This document shows positions 8,501 to 18,112 of a stretch of 64,000 nt of DNA, one piece after another; within the stretch, counting starts at the first letter, position 1; each line of letters starts with the position of its first letter. The stretch is from Chloroflexota bacterium. GTDB lineage: Bacteria > Chloroflexota > Dehalococcoidia > Dehalococcoidales > JACQON01. The notes below the pieces were generated by a model. The model ran no database searches and was not told the DNA's origin. It saw only the letters and a list, made by a program, of their open reading frames with translations. The stretch spans positions 37,453-101,452 of the forward strand of contig JACQON010000032.1 of the NCBI GenBank assembly GCA_016202545.1, read 5' to 3'. The translations under genes were made by a program, and so were the position numbers.

Positions 8501-10426
8501 TTATAGAATCCCCCGCTGTTCCAGGTCTTCTCTGACGAAGTCCAGGCCCAGTTCGTCCAGGGTCTCCCTGCCGGGAATTCCCTCATTGTTCCAGCCCCGT
8601 AACTCGTAGAACCGGTCTATCATCCTGCTGAACCGGCCGGGGTCCAGCGGCTGATAAGGCGCACCGGGGGAGACGCGGAAAAACCGGTCGGGTACGGTAT
8701 CGTCCTTTCTCCGTATTCCCAGTCTCACATTGTAGGCTCTAAGGAGGGCAGAGGCTTTCTTGATGGTCTTAAATATTCGGTCTTCATCGTAGTCTACCCC
8801 TGTTGCGTATGAGAGCAAATCTATCACCCTTCGATAGTTGGCCGGGATAGCCGCCCAAAATCCTGCCCAGTAACGGCAGACCCCGGCCATGTCAGCCAGG
8901 GTGACGTTGCACATGTCAAAATGAACCAGCTGGCTCGTTCTCTCGATATCAGCCCCGGCCCAGTCCATGGGCTCGGTGAAGAATTTTTCAAACCCGGATG
9001 GCCAGGGGTAATCACGGGGGTCGCCGGTGTTGTACTGGTGCTTATTGGCATACTCCTGGTAGTGGTGGAAATACCCCTGAGGGATAAGGCTCTCCGACTT
9101 AGTATAGTCCTCCCTATCGCTGACGGCGCTGTTAAGGGCGACATATGGCATGCTGTGCGCATATGGAGATTGCTCCAGCTTTTTGACGCACAGGGCAGCT
9201 TCCTCAGCGCCCTTGCCGATTATACGGGCGGCCTCATGGACGCCGTTGGCCAGAATATCTCCAATGCCATCCCGGCGGGCCATTTTATCAATTAACCAGA
9301 AGGCCGCCTCAGCATTTCCTTCTTCCAGGGGCATGCCGGTATCTTCCCTGGTCAAGATGCCCTTCTGATATAGCTCTATGGCGAAGGCAATCGCATTGGC
9401 GGTCGTCACCTGGTCAAGTCCATACCTGTGGCATAGCTCGCTGCATTTTACGGAGAAGGGTATATCGATTACCCCGGTGGACAGTATGAAGATGCTCTGC
9501 GCCTGGCATTTGGCGGCGAAATAGCCGGCTTCGGGAACGGAGACCAGCTCCTTGCACTTCACCGCGCAGTTGTAGCAGGCGGCCTGCCTGCCCCTGTACT
9601 TGGCGGTGAAGTCCCCGTATATGTCTCCCACGGAATTTCCCAGCTCGATGAGACGACGCTGATTGCTGTACACGCCGCCATCGAGCATACCTTCTATGAA
9701 GAACTCGTTCCATTTTTCGTAGAATTCCCTCAGCCCGTCGCTCCTGGTGCGCACTTGCTCGCACACCTCGGCAAATTCAGCGGGCCGGGCCACGTTGACG
9801 TCTTTGGTCCCGTAGACGGCAATGGCCTTGAGGTTCTTATCCCCCATAACCGTGCCCACACCGGTCCGGCTGGCGCTGTCGCCGAGGCCATGCTCGATGC
9901 TGGCGAAGTTGACCATGTTTTCACCAGCCGGCCCGATGCACACGATTTGAACGCGGTCATTGCCGAGTTCTTCCTGGATGAGCCTCTGGGCCTCGTTGGT
10001 GTCTTTGCCCTGGAGGTGGTTGGCGTCGCGTATTTCAACACTGCCGTCGTTTATCCACAGATAGACCGGGCCGGGGGCTTTTCCGGATATTACCACGGAG
10101 TCATAGCCGGCGTGCTTTAGCTCTACCCCCCAGAATCCTCCCAGCGTGGAAAAAGTCTGGAGATTCACCTGGGGCGATTTGGTGGTGATGGTGGTGCGAT
10201 TAGCCGACGGGGCTGATGTCCCCACCAGCGCCCCGGCACGGAAGATGAGCAGGTTTTCCGGAGAGAGGGGTTCAACTTCGGGAGGGACCCTCTCCCAGAA
10301 GACTTTGGCGTTGGCCCCCCGACCGCCCACGTATTCCTCATTGAACTCACGCGTAATCTCCTGTTTTTCCGCTTTTCCCTGAGACAGGTCAACCTCTAAG
10401 TTGACCCCCGTCCACGCATAACTCAC
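8501..10426 (-). CDS. aor: Aldehyde:ferredoxin oxidoreductase family (W/Mo-pterin) enzyme
   Basis: YVGGRG, KSPQ, ELKHAGYD, CIGPAGEN, CYNC...C, YGLD, YELRGW. Confidence 0.9.
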   Translation of the reverse strand: MSYAWTGVNLEVDLSQGKAEKQEITREFNEEYVGGRGANAKVFWERVPPEVEPLSPENLLIFRAGALVGTSAPSANRTTITTKSPQVNLQTFSTLGGFWGVELKHAGYDSVVISGKAPGPVYLWINDGSVEIRDANHLQGKDTNEAQRLIQEELGNDRVQIVCIGPAGENMVNFASIEHGLGDSASRTGVGTVMGDKNLKAIAVYGTKDVNVARPAEFAEVCEQVRTRSDGLREFYEKWNEFFIEGMLDGGVYSNQRRLIELGNSVGDIYGDFTAKYRGRQAACYNCAVKCKELVSVPEAGYFAAKCQAQSIFILSTGVIDIPFSVKCSELCHRYGLDQVTTANAIAFAIELYQKGILTREDTGMPLEEGNAEAAFWLIDKMARRDGIGDILANGVHEAARIIGKGAEEAALCVKKLEQSPYAHSMPYVALNSAVSDREDYTKSESLIPQGYFHHYQEYANKHQYNTGDPRDYPWPSGFEKFFTEPMDWAGADIERTSQLVHFDMCNVTLADMAGVCRYWAGFWAAIPANYRRVIDLLSYATGVDYDEDRIFKTIKKASALLRAYNVRLGIRRKDDTVPDRFFRVSPGAPYQPLDPGRFSRMIDRFYELRGWNNEGIPGRETLDELGLDFVREDLEQRGIL

Positions 10427-10625
10427 TGTTTACGCCTCCTTCCGGGCTATCATTCAGGAATCCGGGCACGCTCAACGTCCGGCAGCGTGGCTACGTTTTT
10501 GCCGGTCTCGCCAAAGACAGTACCATTATACACAATCTTCGCCGATTGGCGCATCTTTGGTGCGTGGCTACTGGGTGATTTCACCGCCCCTGTATTTGAA
10601 TTTTAGCAGAAAAGTCTCTGACCCC

Positions 10626-10654
10626 TTGACATTAGGCCAAATTTATGGTATAAA
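10626..10654 (+). promoter_or_regulatory. Near-consensus sigma70 promoter with no long downstream ORF
   Basis: TTGACA-17nt-TATAAA with TGn extension. Confidence 0.75.
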
Positions 10655-10660
10655 AAAGTA

Positions 10661-10840
10661 CCTTATGCTCGTCATAGCCAATAAGGCGAGTGAAATCGTC
10701 GAAGACGGGGCATGTGCCCGTGTTTTTGCACTTTAACAGCGGTGCCAAGCGTTTCAAGGAGTCCGTTTCATTATCCTTCCTTCTTTCCACGGAAAGGCTC
10801 CCGGTGTAAGTAGCGTTGGACCGGGAGCCTTTCTGCGTTC
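10661..10840 (+). ncRNA. Candidate small RNA (or mRNA for a 23-aa peptide, 10665-10736)
   Basis: Bounded by the promoter above and a 14-bp hairpin; no RNA family recognised. Confidence 0.4.
10792..10833. terminator. Intrinsic terminator-like hairpin, possibly bidirectional
   Basis: GAAAGGCTCCCGGT-N14-ACCGGGAGCCTTTC. Confidence 0.65.
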
Positions 10841-10917
10841 CTTGGTGTTGGCGGTTTTATCTTTTTACCGAGATAGCAAACAGCCTTCTGATAGCGGACT
10901 GCGGCTCGCTTCTGCCA

Positions 10918-12360
10918 TCACTCCAGTAAGTCACTCCATTTCGCCTTGATTCGTTTGACCATTTCGGGTTCAAGGTCGATTGACTTGGGGAACTCGTCAA
11001 TCCACTCGTATGGCTTGCAGGCGTTGATTATCGCCCTTGAGTTGGTAAATGACCTGCCGTCCCTGGTCCTGGCGTCTCTGGGAACGCGTGCGTCCAGGAT
11101 AGTGCTGGGAGTGCCGCGGATTATGTCTATGTCCTGCGCCGGCTCCACCCGGCTGCACATCGCCCACAGCACTTCCGACGTATTGGTCGGGTCAATATCA
11201 TCATCCACCACCACTACGAATCTGCCCTGAAGGTCAAGCATCCGCAGCTGGCAGGCGATAACGGCAGCCTGCTTGGCGTGGCCGGAATACCGTTGCTTGA
11301 GGGAGATAATCGCCATCGGCGGGCCGTTGACTTCCCGGCTCAGCCACACCGCCTTTATGTCCGGGATGCCGCTCCTGGTGAGTATATTGTGCAGCAGGGC
11401 GCTTCTGAACAGTATCTGGCCATAGGAAGCATCGCTGGGAGGCCGGCTGTCAGGCGAACCGAGCAGCACTGGCTCGTTCCGGTGGTAGATGCGCTCGACT
11501 TCTATTACCGGCGACTGCGTCTTTCTGCCATAGTACCCCGTCCACTCTCCATAGGGGCCTTCGCTGTGGAACTTGTCAGGATGGCACCAGCCCGCCAGCA
11601 CTATTTCGCTGTCAGCAGGGATGGGCAGCCCGGTTACCTCCTCCTCTATGACCTTGACCGGCTCTCCCATGATGGCTCCGGCAAAGCTATACTCGGCGCC
11701 AGGAGGAAGCTCGACGGCGCCGACCCTGAATATCAACGGGTGATGGCCGACGGATACCGCCACCGGGCAAGGCTTCCCCCGGGCATGGTATTTGGCGCGG
11801 TGGATGTCACCATGTTTAATGGGGTCCATGTACAGGCCGGTAGTCCTTTTGCTGAGCACCTGGACCCGGTAGGTGCCCAGGTTTATCTCGCCTGTATCCG
11901 GGTCCCTGGTTATTATGGCGTCGCCGGTGCCGATATAGCGCCCGCCGTCCAGCGAATGCCACTTCGGCACCGGGAATTTGAAAAGGTCAACCTTGTCCCC
12001 GGACAGCACGTTTTCCAGCACCGGTCCGCTGTTGACCACCTGGGGAGGGAATTTGTGCATGTTGGCTTCCCACTGCGGCAGCTTCTCCCGGAAGGAGCCT
12101 AGCACTTCCAGGTCCGAATCGGTTACGGGTAGATTGAAGACAAGTGCGGCCAGGCTTGCGGTTGAGCAGGCGCTGGTGAGCACCCTGTAGCCACCGGGAT
12201 AGCCTTTTATGTTGTCGAACAACAGGGCCGGGCAGTCCTTCCTTTTCAGGTTCAGCGCCGTTACAGCGCCGATTTCCTGGTCCCAGTCTGCGCCTTCAAT
12301 CCTTTTCAGCTTGCCGATTGCCTCCGCCTTTTTCAGCCAGTCTCTCAGGTCGTGTCGCAT
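10918..12360 (-). CDS. UbiD-family prFMN-dependent (de)carboxylase 2
   Basis: DLRDWL, PALLFDNIKGY, NLGTYR, EGPYGEWTGYY, VVVDDDIDP. Confidence 0.95.
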   Translation of the reverse strand: MRHDLRDWLKKAEAIGKLKRIEGADWDQEIGAVTALNLKRKDCPALLFDNIKGYPGGYRVLTSACSTASLAALVFNLPVTDSDLEVLGSFREKLPQWEANMHKFPPQVVNSGPVLENVLSGDKVDLFKFPVPKWHSLDGGRYIGTGDAIITRDPDTGEINLGTYRVQVLSKRTTGLYMDPIKHGDIHRAKYHARGKPCPVAVSVGHHPLIFRVGAVELPPGAEYSFAGAIMGEPVKVIEEEVTGLPIPADSEIVLAGWCHPDKFHSEGPYGEWTGYYGRKTQSPVIEVERIYHRNEPVLLGSPDSRPPSDASYGQILFRSALLHNILTRSGIPDIKAVWLSREVNGPPMAIISLKQRYSGHAKQAAVIACQLRMLDLQGRFVVVVDDDIDPTNTSEVLWAMCSRVEPAQDIDIIRGTPSTILDARVPRDARTRDGRSFTNSRAIINACKPYEWIDEFPKSIDLEPEMVKRIKAKWSDLLE

Positions 12361-12398
12361 TGTTATGCCTCCTTATTTTTATTGGCGCCTTCGTAGTC

Positions 12399-13712
12399 TC
12401 AGCGCATCATACCGGGCAGCCACAGCGCCAGCGCCGGGAAGGCGACAATCAGCGCCATGGCAACGCCGTGGCAGGCAAGGAAAGGCCCTCCGGCTTTCCA
12501 CAGTTCTTCTATCGGAATGTCGCGGCCAACAATGGTCTGCATGGTGAACAAGGCATAGCCGAAGGGCGGTGTCAGGTTGGCCATCTCCATGTTGATGAGG
12601 AATATCACGGCAAACCATAAAGGGTTAAAGCCCAGAGCCTGGACGACGGGTATAAATATGGGCGCCGTGATTAATATTATAGGGTACTGGCTCATGAACA
12701 TTCCCAGGAGCGCTCCTATGGCCAGCATGGCTATGATGACGGCAATGGGGGGCACAGGCAGCCGCACGATAAGTTCTGCCAGGCCTTCGGCGGCTCCGGA
12801 AAAGGTTATAAGCTGACCGAAGATAAAGGCCCCGACTATAATCATGAACAACATGGCTGAAATCCTGAGGGTGCCGTTTACGGACTTTTTCACCGTGTTC
12901 CAGTTGAGCTTACCGTAGGCTGCTGCCAGCAGAAAGGTGCCCAAGGCACCGGTGGCGGCGGCCTCGGAGGCGGTGGCGACACCGAGAAAAATGACGCCGG
13001 TAACCAGAAAGATAATCAGCCCTGTCGGCAGAATATAGCGTACCGTAGCTGCTAGCTTTCTGCCCAGGGATACAGGTGGCACTGTGTAGGGGGGTGCTAG
13101 ATGAGGCTGGAGCTTGCATCTGATGAGGATGTAGGCCACGCAGAAAACGGCAATCAGCAGACCCGGGATGATAATGGCTATCAAGAACCGGCCAATGGAG
13201 ACCTTGAATACCCAGGCCAGGAAAACGCCCATTGCCGTGGGGGGTATCATTACCGCCAGGGGGCCTGCGCCTAGAATCGGTCCGCAGCTCATGGAGTTTT
13301 GGTAGCCGCGCTTTTGCATCTCCGGCAGCAGCGTTGAGCTCAGGACAGCCACACTGGACATGGTGTCGCCGCACAAGCTTGCCAGCAAGGTGCCGCCGGC
13401 CACGGCCTCCAGGCTCAGCCTGCCGGGCAATCGTCCCAGCCATTTGTCCAGAGCGTCGATGAGTTTGGGCCCCATTCCTGACTCAAACAGCACTTCGCCC
13501 ATGAGGATAAACAAGGGCACGGGCAGCAGGGTAAAGCTGCCAACTGACCTGAACACGTTAGTTATAAGCTGGTTCAGTCCTGAGGAGCCGCCCCACCACA
13601 GGAGCGCCCCTGCTATATCAACAATTAAAAAGGCAAACGCCACCGGCATGCCGGCGAACATCAGCAGCACCACGCCTCCCAGCATCACCACCAGGATTAA
13701 CCACCATTCCAT
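12399..13712 (-). CDS. dctM: TRAP transporter large permease
   Basis: PVPLFILMGE, MIPP, TPPFG. Confidence 0.95.
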   Translation of the reverse strand: MEWWLILVVMLGGVVLLMFAGMPVAFAFLIVDIAGALLWWGGSSGLNQLITNVFRSVGSFTLLPVPLFILMGEVLFESGMGPKLIDALDKWLGRLPGRLSLEAVAGGTLLASLCGDTMSSVAVLSSTLLPEMQKRGYQNSMSCGPILGAGPLAVMIPPTAMGVFLAWVFKVSIGRFLIAIIIPGLLIAVFCVAYILIRCKLQPHLAPPYTVPPVSLGRKLAATVRYILPTGLIIFLVTGVIFLGVATASEAAATGALGTFLLAAAYGKLNWNTVKKSVNGTLRISAMLFMIIVGAFIFGQLITFSGAAEGLAELIVRLPVPPIAVIIAMLAIGALLGMFMSQYPIILITAPIFIPVVQALGFNPLWFAVIFLINMEMANLTPPFGYALFTMQTIVGRDIPIEELWKAGGPFLACHGVAMALIVAFPALALWLPGMMR

Positions 13713-13739
13713 TGACCGCTCACCGCCTCCGGGCCAGTT

Positions 13740-14261
13740 TCAATTTTTCTGCACGTTGCCGCTCTTGTTCCGCAATGTCTTCAAATGGCTCATCTCTCCG
13801 CGGGTCTTTCTCAGAAATTGAGCGAAGAGCAAGAGGCTCCCGATGGGAATAATGGCGTATAAAGCAAAAGAAGGAGCCCTGAGTTGCGTCTGTTCACGGA
13901 TGCCCAGGCGGAAAAGGTCTAAGGTAACATCTGTACCGTACCATACCAGGACCAGGCACACCAGGGCGCTGATAACCGAGGTGACGGTGTTCACCACGGC
14001 CTGGGTTTTCTGACTTAAGCGGATAAGCAAAAAATCCATGACCACGTATGATTCCTTCTTCAGCAGCCAGGCGGCAGCCAGGAAGGTGATGAATACCAGG
14101 CTATATTCGGTGACGTCAAATACCCAGAGCAGGGGACGGTTGAAAAAATATCTCAAGACGACATCGGTGACAACGAGCAGCATCACCAACACGAGGAGGA
14201 CGCTGCCAAAGAAGGAGAACACGTTGATAGCGCTATCAAGGAACCTGGTCAATAACTTCAT
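13740..14261 (-). CDS. dctQ: TRAP transporter small permease
   Basis: DVVLRYFFNRP...EY; 4 TM. Confidence 0.9.
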   Translation of the reverse strand: MKLLTRFLDSAINVFSFFGSVLLVLVMLLVVTDVVLRYFFNRPLLWVFDVTEYSLVFITFLAAAWLLKKESYVVMDFLLIRLSQKTQAVVNTVTSVISALVCLVLVWYGTDVTLDLFRLGIREQTQLRAPSFALYAIIPIGSLLLFAQFLRKTRGEMSHLKTLRNKSGNVQKN

Positions 14262-14288
14262 ATGCTGGCTATTGTATATCTTGATGTG

Positions 14289-14332
14289 ACAAACTGCAAG
14301 CGGGCGCGCCATGCAGCCCGCTTGCAGTTTGT
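14289..14332. terminator. 17-bp hairpin between dctP and dctQ
   Basis: ACAAACTGCAAGCGGGC-N10-GCCCGCTTGCAGTTTGT; position typical of dctP mRNA stabilisers. Confidence 0.55.
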
Positions 14333-14352
14333 GGATAGCTCGGCCGGAAGAG

Positions 14353-15402
14353 CTATTTCACCAGCATCGCCTTGACTTTGGCGGCTAGCTCCGCGTTGTC
14401 CTTGGCCAGCATTTCCCAGGCCAGGTCATAGCTGAGCTTGCTGAAATTTTGGGCGTCGGCGGATGGGAGTTCAACGGCGGTAATGCCGCCTTTAAACACT
14501 TTGGCCAGCTCATCCTCCGCTATGGCATTATAGCGGTCGCCGATTTCCTTCTCCGCCTTAGCATATGCGTTTAATATCCCCTTCTGTACATCCGGCGGGA
14601 GCTTGTTCCAGCTATTCAGGTTGGCCACTAGAAGCGCGATGCTCCGGTACAGGCCGGGCTTAACGAGGTACTTGCTCACCTCGTTGAAGTGCATGTCGGT
14701 AGCCGCGCCCATCTGCGTCCAGATGAAGCCGTCGATTATTTTTCTCTCCATGCCGGTGTATATCTCCCCGGCAGCCAGGGTTACCGGAGTCGCTTCCACT
14801 GCCTGGGCCATGGGTGCCACTCCCGACCACACCCTTATCTTCTTTCCTTTGAGGTCGGCAAGGCTGTTGACCTGGAAATTGGTGTAGATGAAGTACCTGT
14901 TGCTGGGGGCGTAGTTCAACTCCGTGATGAACTTAAGCCCTTTGGTCTGGTGAAGTTCATCAAAAAGCTTGAAGTAGCCGGTCTCCTTTATCTGGAAGTG
15001 GTCAAGGTTAGAATATACCAGCGCGTTGGTCAGCATCTCCTTCGAGAAATAGCCGCTTACAATACTGCCTATGTCCACCACTCCGGAGGCTACCGACTTA
15101 TACTGGTCGAAGGTGCTTATTACATCTGGCCCGCCCTTGAAGTCAATCCGGAAAGTGCCTTCGAGCTCCTTGTTGATGGCGTCAATGAACATCATCGTCG
15201 GCACGCCGGTCAGGCTGTCTTTGGCTGCCCATGAGAGGAGCTTCCACACGATTGGTTCCGGCTTTGGCGCGGGTGCGGGCGATGGTGTGGGCGTGGGGGC
15301 TGGTGCGGGTGTTGGCGCTGGAGCGGGGGCTTTGGCGCACGCCGCCAGGGGCACTATCACCAGCGATAGCACCAGGGTTGCGAGCATTAGCTTCCGTTTC
15401 AT
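14353..15402 (-). CDS. dctP: TRAP substrate-binding lipoprotein
   Basis: Lipobox LAAC, PAP linker, DLKGKKIRV, WNKLPPDVQ. Confidence 0.92.
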   Translation of the reverse strand: MKRKLMLATLVLSLVIVPLAACAKAPAPAPTPAPAPTPTPSPAPAPKPEPIVWKLLSWAAKDSLTGVPTMMFIDAINKELEGTFRIDFKGGPDVISTFDQYKSVASGVVDIGSIVSGYFSKEMLTNALVYSNLDHFQIKETGYFKLFDELHQTKGLKFITELNYAPSNRYFIYTNFQVNSLADLKGKKIRVWSGVAPMAQAVEATPVTLAAGEIYTGMERKIIDGFIWTQMGAATDMHFNEVSKYLVKPGLYRSIALLVANLNSWNKLPPDVQKGILNAYAKAEKEIGDRYNAIAEDELAKVFKGGITAVELPSADAQNFSKLSYDLAWEMLAKDNAELAAKVKAMLVK

Positions 15403-15466
15403 CTTTCCCTCCTTACCTTCACTCAGGTGTTACCATTTCTATCACAGTTGTGCCCGAATGTCAATA

Positions 15467-16195
15467 TCAAGTGCGGTTGGATTGGTCTAGAGGTCGTTTC
15501 CTGGCGATTTCGGGATAGACCAACTCGTTCAGCCTATCGGGCTTTACCACGATGATGCGGCGCCCTTCCATCCTGATAATGCCGTCTTTGACCAGCTTGC
15601 GCAGGCAGCTATTTACCACCTGCCTGGAGCAGCCCACTATGCAGGCCAGATGCTGTTGACTCACCGGGTAGGCTGGTGATACTGTCGGCGCCTGGCCTTC
15701 CCGCTCACCCATCTGAAGGAGTAGCTTGGACACGCGCGAGAACACCCGCTTGAAGGAGAAGTCCTCTACCATATTGAGCAGGGAGCGTAGCCTCATAGCC
15801 AGGATGCGCGCTACGTGCAGGGCTACCTGGGGGTGGGTGTCGACCAGCGACTCAAAGGCTGAGGCTGGCGTGATATACACCGTGGTTGGCTCCAGTGCTT
15901 GAGCGCTGACCGGGTTAGGCCCCCGGTCGAAAATGGGCGCGCACTCAAAGCACCCTCCGCTGCGCACGATGCGCACTATTTGTTCCTCTCCCTCCGTGGA
16001 ACTGCGATACAGCTTTACCGCTCCCGACCTGACCACGAAGAGTCCCGGGCAGGGGTCACCTTCCAGTATTATGACCTCACCTTTGGCAAAGGACTGCTCC
16101 CTTACACGGTCAAGCAGCCATCTCATGGCCTCCGCGTCAAGGGCGGCAAAGCAGGGTACAGATGCTAAGGTATCTAATGATTTGCAGGACGTCAT
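15467..16195 (-). CDS. Crp/Fnr-family transcriptional regulator
   Basis: cNMP-type domain (EGDPCPGLFVVRSG) and HTH SQQHLACIVGCSRQVVNS; start uncertain. Confidence 0.9.
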   Translation of the reverse strand: MTSCKSLDTLASVPCFAALDAEAMRWLLDRVREQSFAKGEVIILEGDPCPGLFVVRSGAVKLYRSSTEGEEQIVRIVRSGGCFECAPIFDRGPNPVSAQALEPTTVYITPASAFESLVDTHPQVALHVARILAMRLRSLLNMVEDFSFKRVFSRVSKLLLQMGEREGQAPTVSPAYPVSQQHLACIVGCSRQVVNSCLRKLVKDGIIRMEGRRIIVVKPDRLNELVYPEIARKRPLDQSNRT

Positions 16196-16252
16196 TTTGA
16201 CTCTAAAATCGATGGCGGAGCTACCTCCAAAATACACGTTACACCTGTCTTT

Positions 16253-16268
16253 TGTCAACTTTTTGACA
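16253..16268. promoter_or_regulatory. TGTCA-N6-TGACA palindrome (Crp-family, CooA-type box)
   Basis: TGTCAACTTTTTGACA between the divergent regulator and permease. Confidence 0.5.
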
Positions 16269-16479
16269 GATGCGTCTCCCCTCAGAAAATCCACGGATTA
16301 CGGTTGACAGCAGAGCCGGATTCCGGCGCTGCGGCAGCTACCTGCGTCTTACTGGCTACCTGCGGTTATGCTATAGTAATCCCTAGGTAATGAGCGACCT
16401 TTAATTTGTAGAGACAGAGGCTGCCTGGCCATCTATAACAGCCGTGATGGCACACAGGCTTTTGAGAAGGGCGCTGCCG

Positions 16480-17769
16480 ATGAGTTGGTATCATGTTTTC
16501 AGTCCCGATGTGGAAAGGTGGATAACCTTAGCGGTTTTCACTGCCACTTTTGCCTTGATACTGTATCGCAGGTTTAACATAGCTTACGCTTCTCTGGGCG
16601 CCGCCGCGTTTTTAGTTTTGACCGGCATAACGAGTCCTGCCGCGGCCTTGCTCAGGAGCGTAAACTGGGATGTCCTGGCAATATACTGGGGCTACGGCAT
16701 GCTCGCTATCGCCTTCCGTGAGAGCAATATACCTGCCTGGGTAGCCAACCGGGTTCTGGCTCGAATAAAGAAAGAGAAGTACGCACTGGTATTTCTTTGT
16801 GCGCTGGCGATGGTACTTTCCAGCTTTATGGCCAACCCGGTTGTAGTCATCATGCTGGCACCGATGGCCATCGAGATAGCGACCAGGCTGAGAGCATCGT
16901 TATTCCTGTACCTCAGCGCTTTGGCCATCAGCTCCAATATGGTGACTACGGTGACCATGGTTGCCGACCCGCCGGCTATCATCCTGGCCGCCACTACCGG
17001 TATGGGTTTCCTGGACTTCTACTGGTTTCAAGGTAAAGTCAGCCTTGGCACGCTATCAATAATAGGGATAGCGGTGGCCCTGCTTGTCCTCCTGCTGCAG
17101 TTTCGAAAGCTCAACAGCCAGGTAAGCATAGGTCAGGAGAAGATAAGACTGTCCTTCCCTCCACTGGTGCTTTTCGTGGCGAGCGTATTTGCTCTCTCTT
17201 TCATTCCCTGGAGCAATCTGGGAGCCTGGAACCATCCGGGGCTGGTTGGTCTTGTGCTCGGCCTTTCGTCATTGATTGCAGCCGACGGCCGTGCGTGGGG
17301 AATGTTGAAGGAATTTGACTGGAACACCATCTTGTTCTTGACCGGCGTATTCATAGTTATCGCCGTGGTGGCTGATATTGGCCTGTTGAAGGATTTCGTG
17401 GCCTGGCTGGGGCATACCGGGTTGACCAGCCCGACAATATACCTGGCGATTTTTGTGTGGGTTTCTGTCTTGCTGTCTTCTATCATAGATAACGTACCGT
17501 TTACTGTTTTGATGCTTCCGGTCTGTGCTGGTGTGGCGCAGACGCTGGGGGTAAATCCCTTCGCCTTCTATTTCGGCATGCTGGTGGGCACCGGCATAGG
17601 CGGAAACCTGACGCCGGTGGGCGCAACCGCCAATGTTCTGGCTTACGGGATGCTGGAGAAGAGAGGGTACAAGGTCGAACTGCGCAAGCACCTGGCCCTG
17701 GCCATACCATTCAGTCTGACAGCAGTCCTCATCGTTCATATCCTGCTCCAACTGCTCTGGCTCAAATAG
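16480..17769 (+). CDS. ArsB/NhaD/SLC13-type anion permease
   Basis: ADPPAII, SSIIDNVP, GGNLTPVGATAN; ~12 TM. Confidence 0.88.
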   Translation: MSWYHVFSPDVERWITLAVFTATFALILYRRFNIAYASLGAAAFLVLTGITSPAAALLRSVNWDVLAIYWGYGMLAIAFRESNIPAWVANRVLARIKKEKYALVFLCALAMVLSSFMANPVVVIMLAPMAIEIATRLRASLFLYLSALAISSNMVTTVTMVADPPAIILAATTGMGFLDFYWFQGKVSLGTLSIIGIAVALLVLLLQFRKLNSQVSIGQEKIRLSFPPLVLFVASVFALSFIPWSNLGAWNHPGLVGLVLGLSSLIAADGRAWGMLKEFDWNTILFLTGVFIVIAVVADIGLLKDFVAWLGHTGLTSPTIYLAIFVWVSVLLSSIIDNVPFTVLMLPVCAGVAQTLGVNPFAFYFGMLVGTGIGGNLTPVGATANVLAYGMLEKRGYKVELRKHLALAIPFSLTAVLIVHILLQLLWLK

Positions 17770-18112
17770 CCGCCGCTATACTGTTGGGCTCAGCAGGTAA
17801 CAGGATTTCTATCATGGTGGGGTTGGGGTGACAATAGGTGGAATTTTCGAGGATAGTTCTGAAGCTGCCTTGACTTTGAATATCTCCGTGATACGCCATA
17901 ATTACTCATATTATATGCCCAAAAATTGTAAATAGAGCCCTGTCGATATATACTATTATCGTAGTTATTCTCTGGTAGTAGCTTATACTGCTGAAAGATT
18001 CGCCTTCAGTTTCCTCCACTTGGAGTTGCCTCTCAGGTCCAGGGATTATTCTCAAACTCCAGGGAAGGATAATGGCGCGTTTGCCGAGTGCATTTTACGG
18101 AAAGGATATACC

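Noticed and set aside
10756..10790. Minus-strand SD followed by ATG
   Set aside because: Encodes only MKRTP*; no support as a leader peptide.
17990..18110. Possible structured leader upstream of ychF (TGGAGTT/AACTCCA)
   Set aside because: Only a short stem; no riboswitch consensus recognised.
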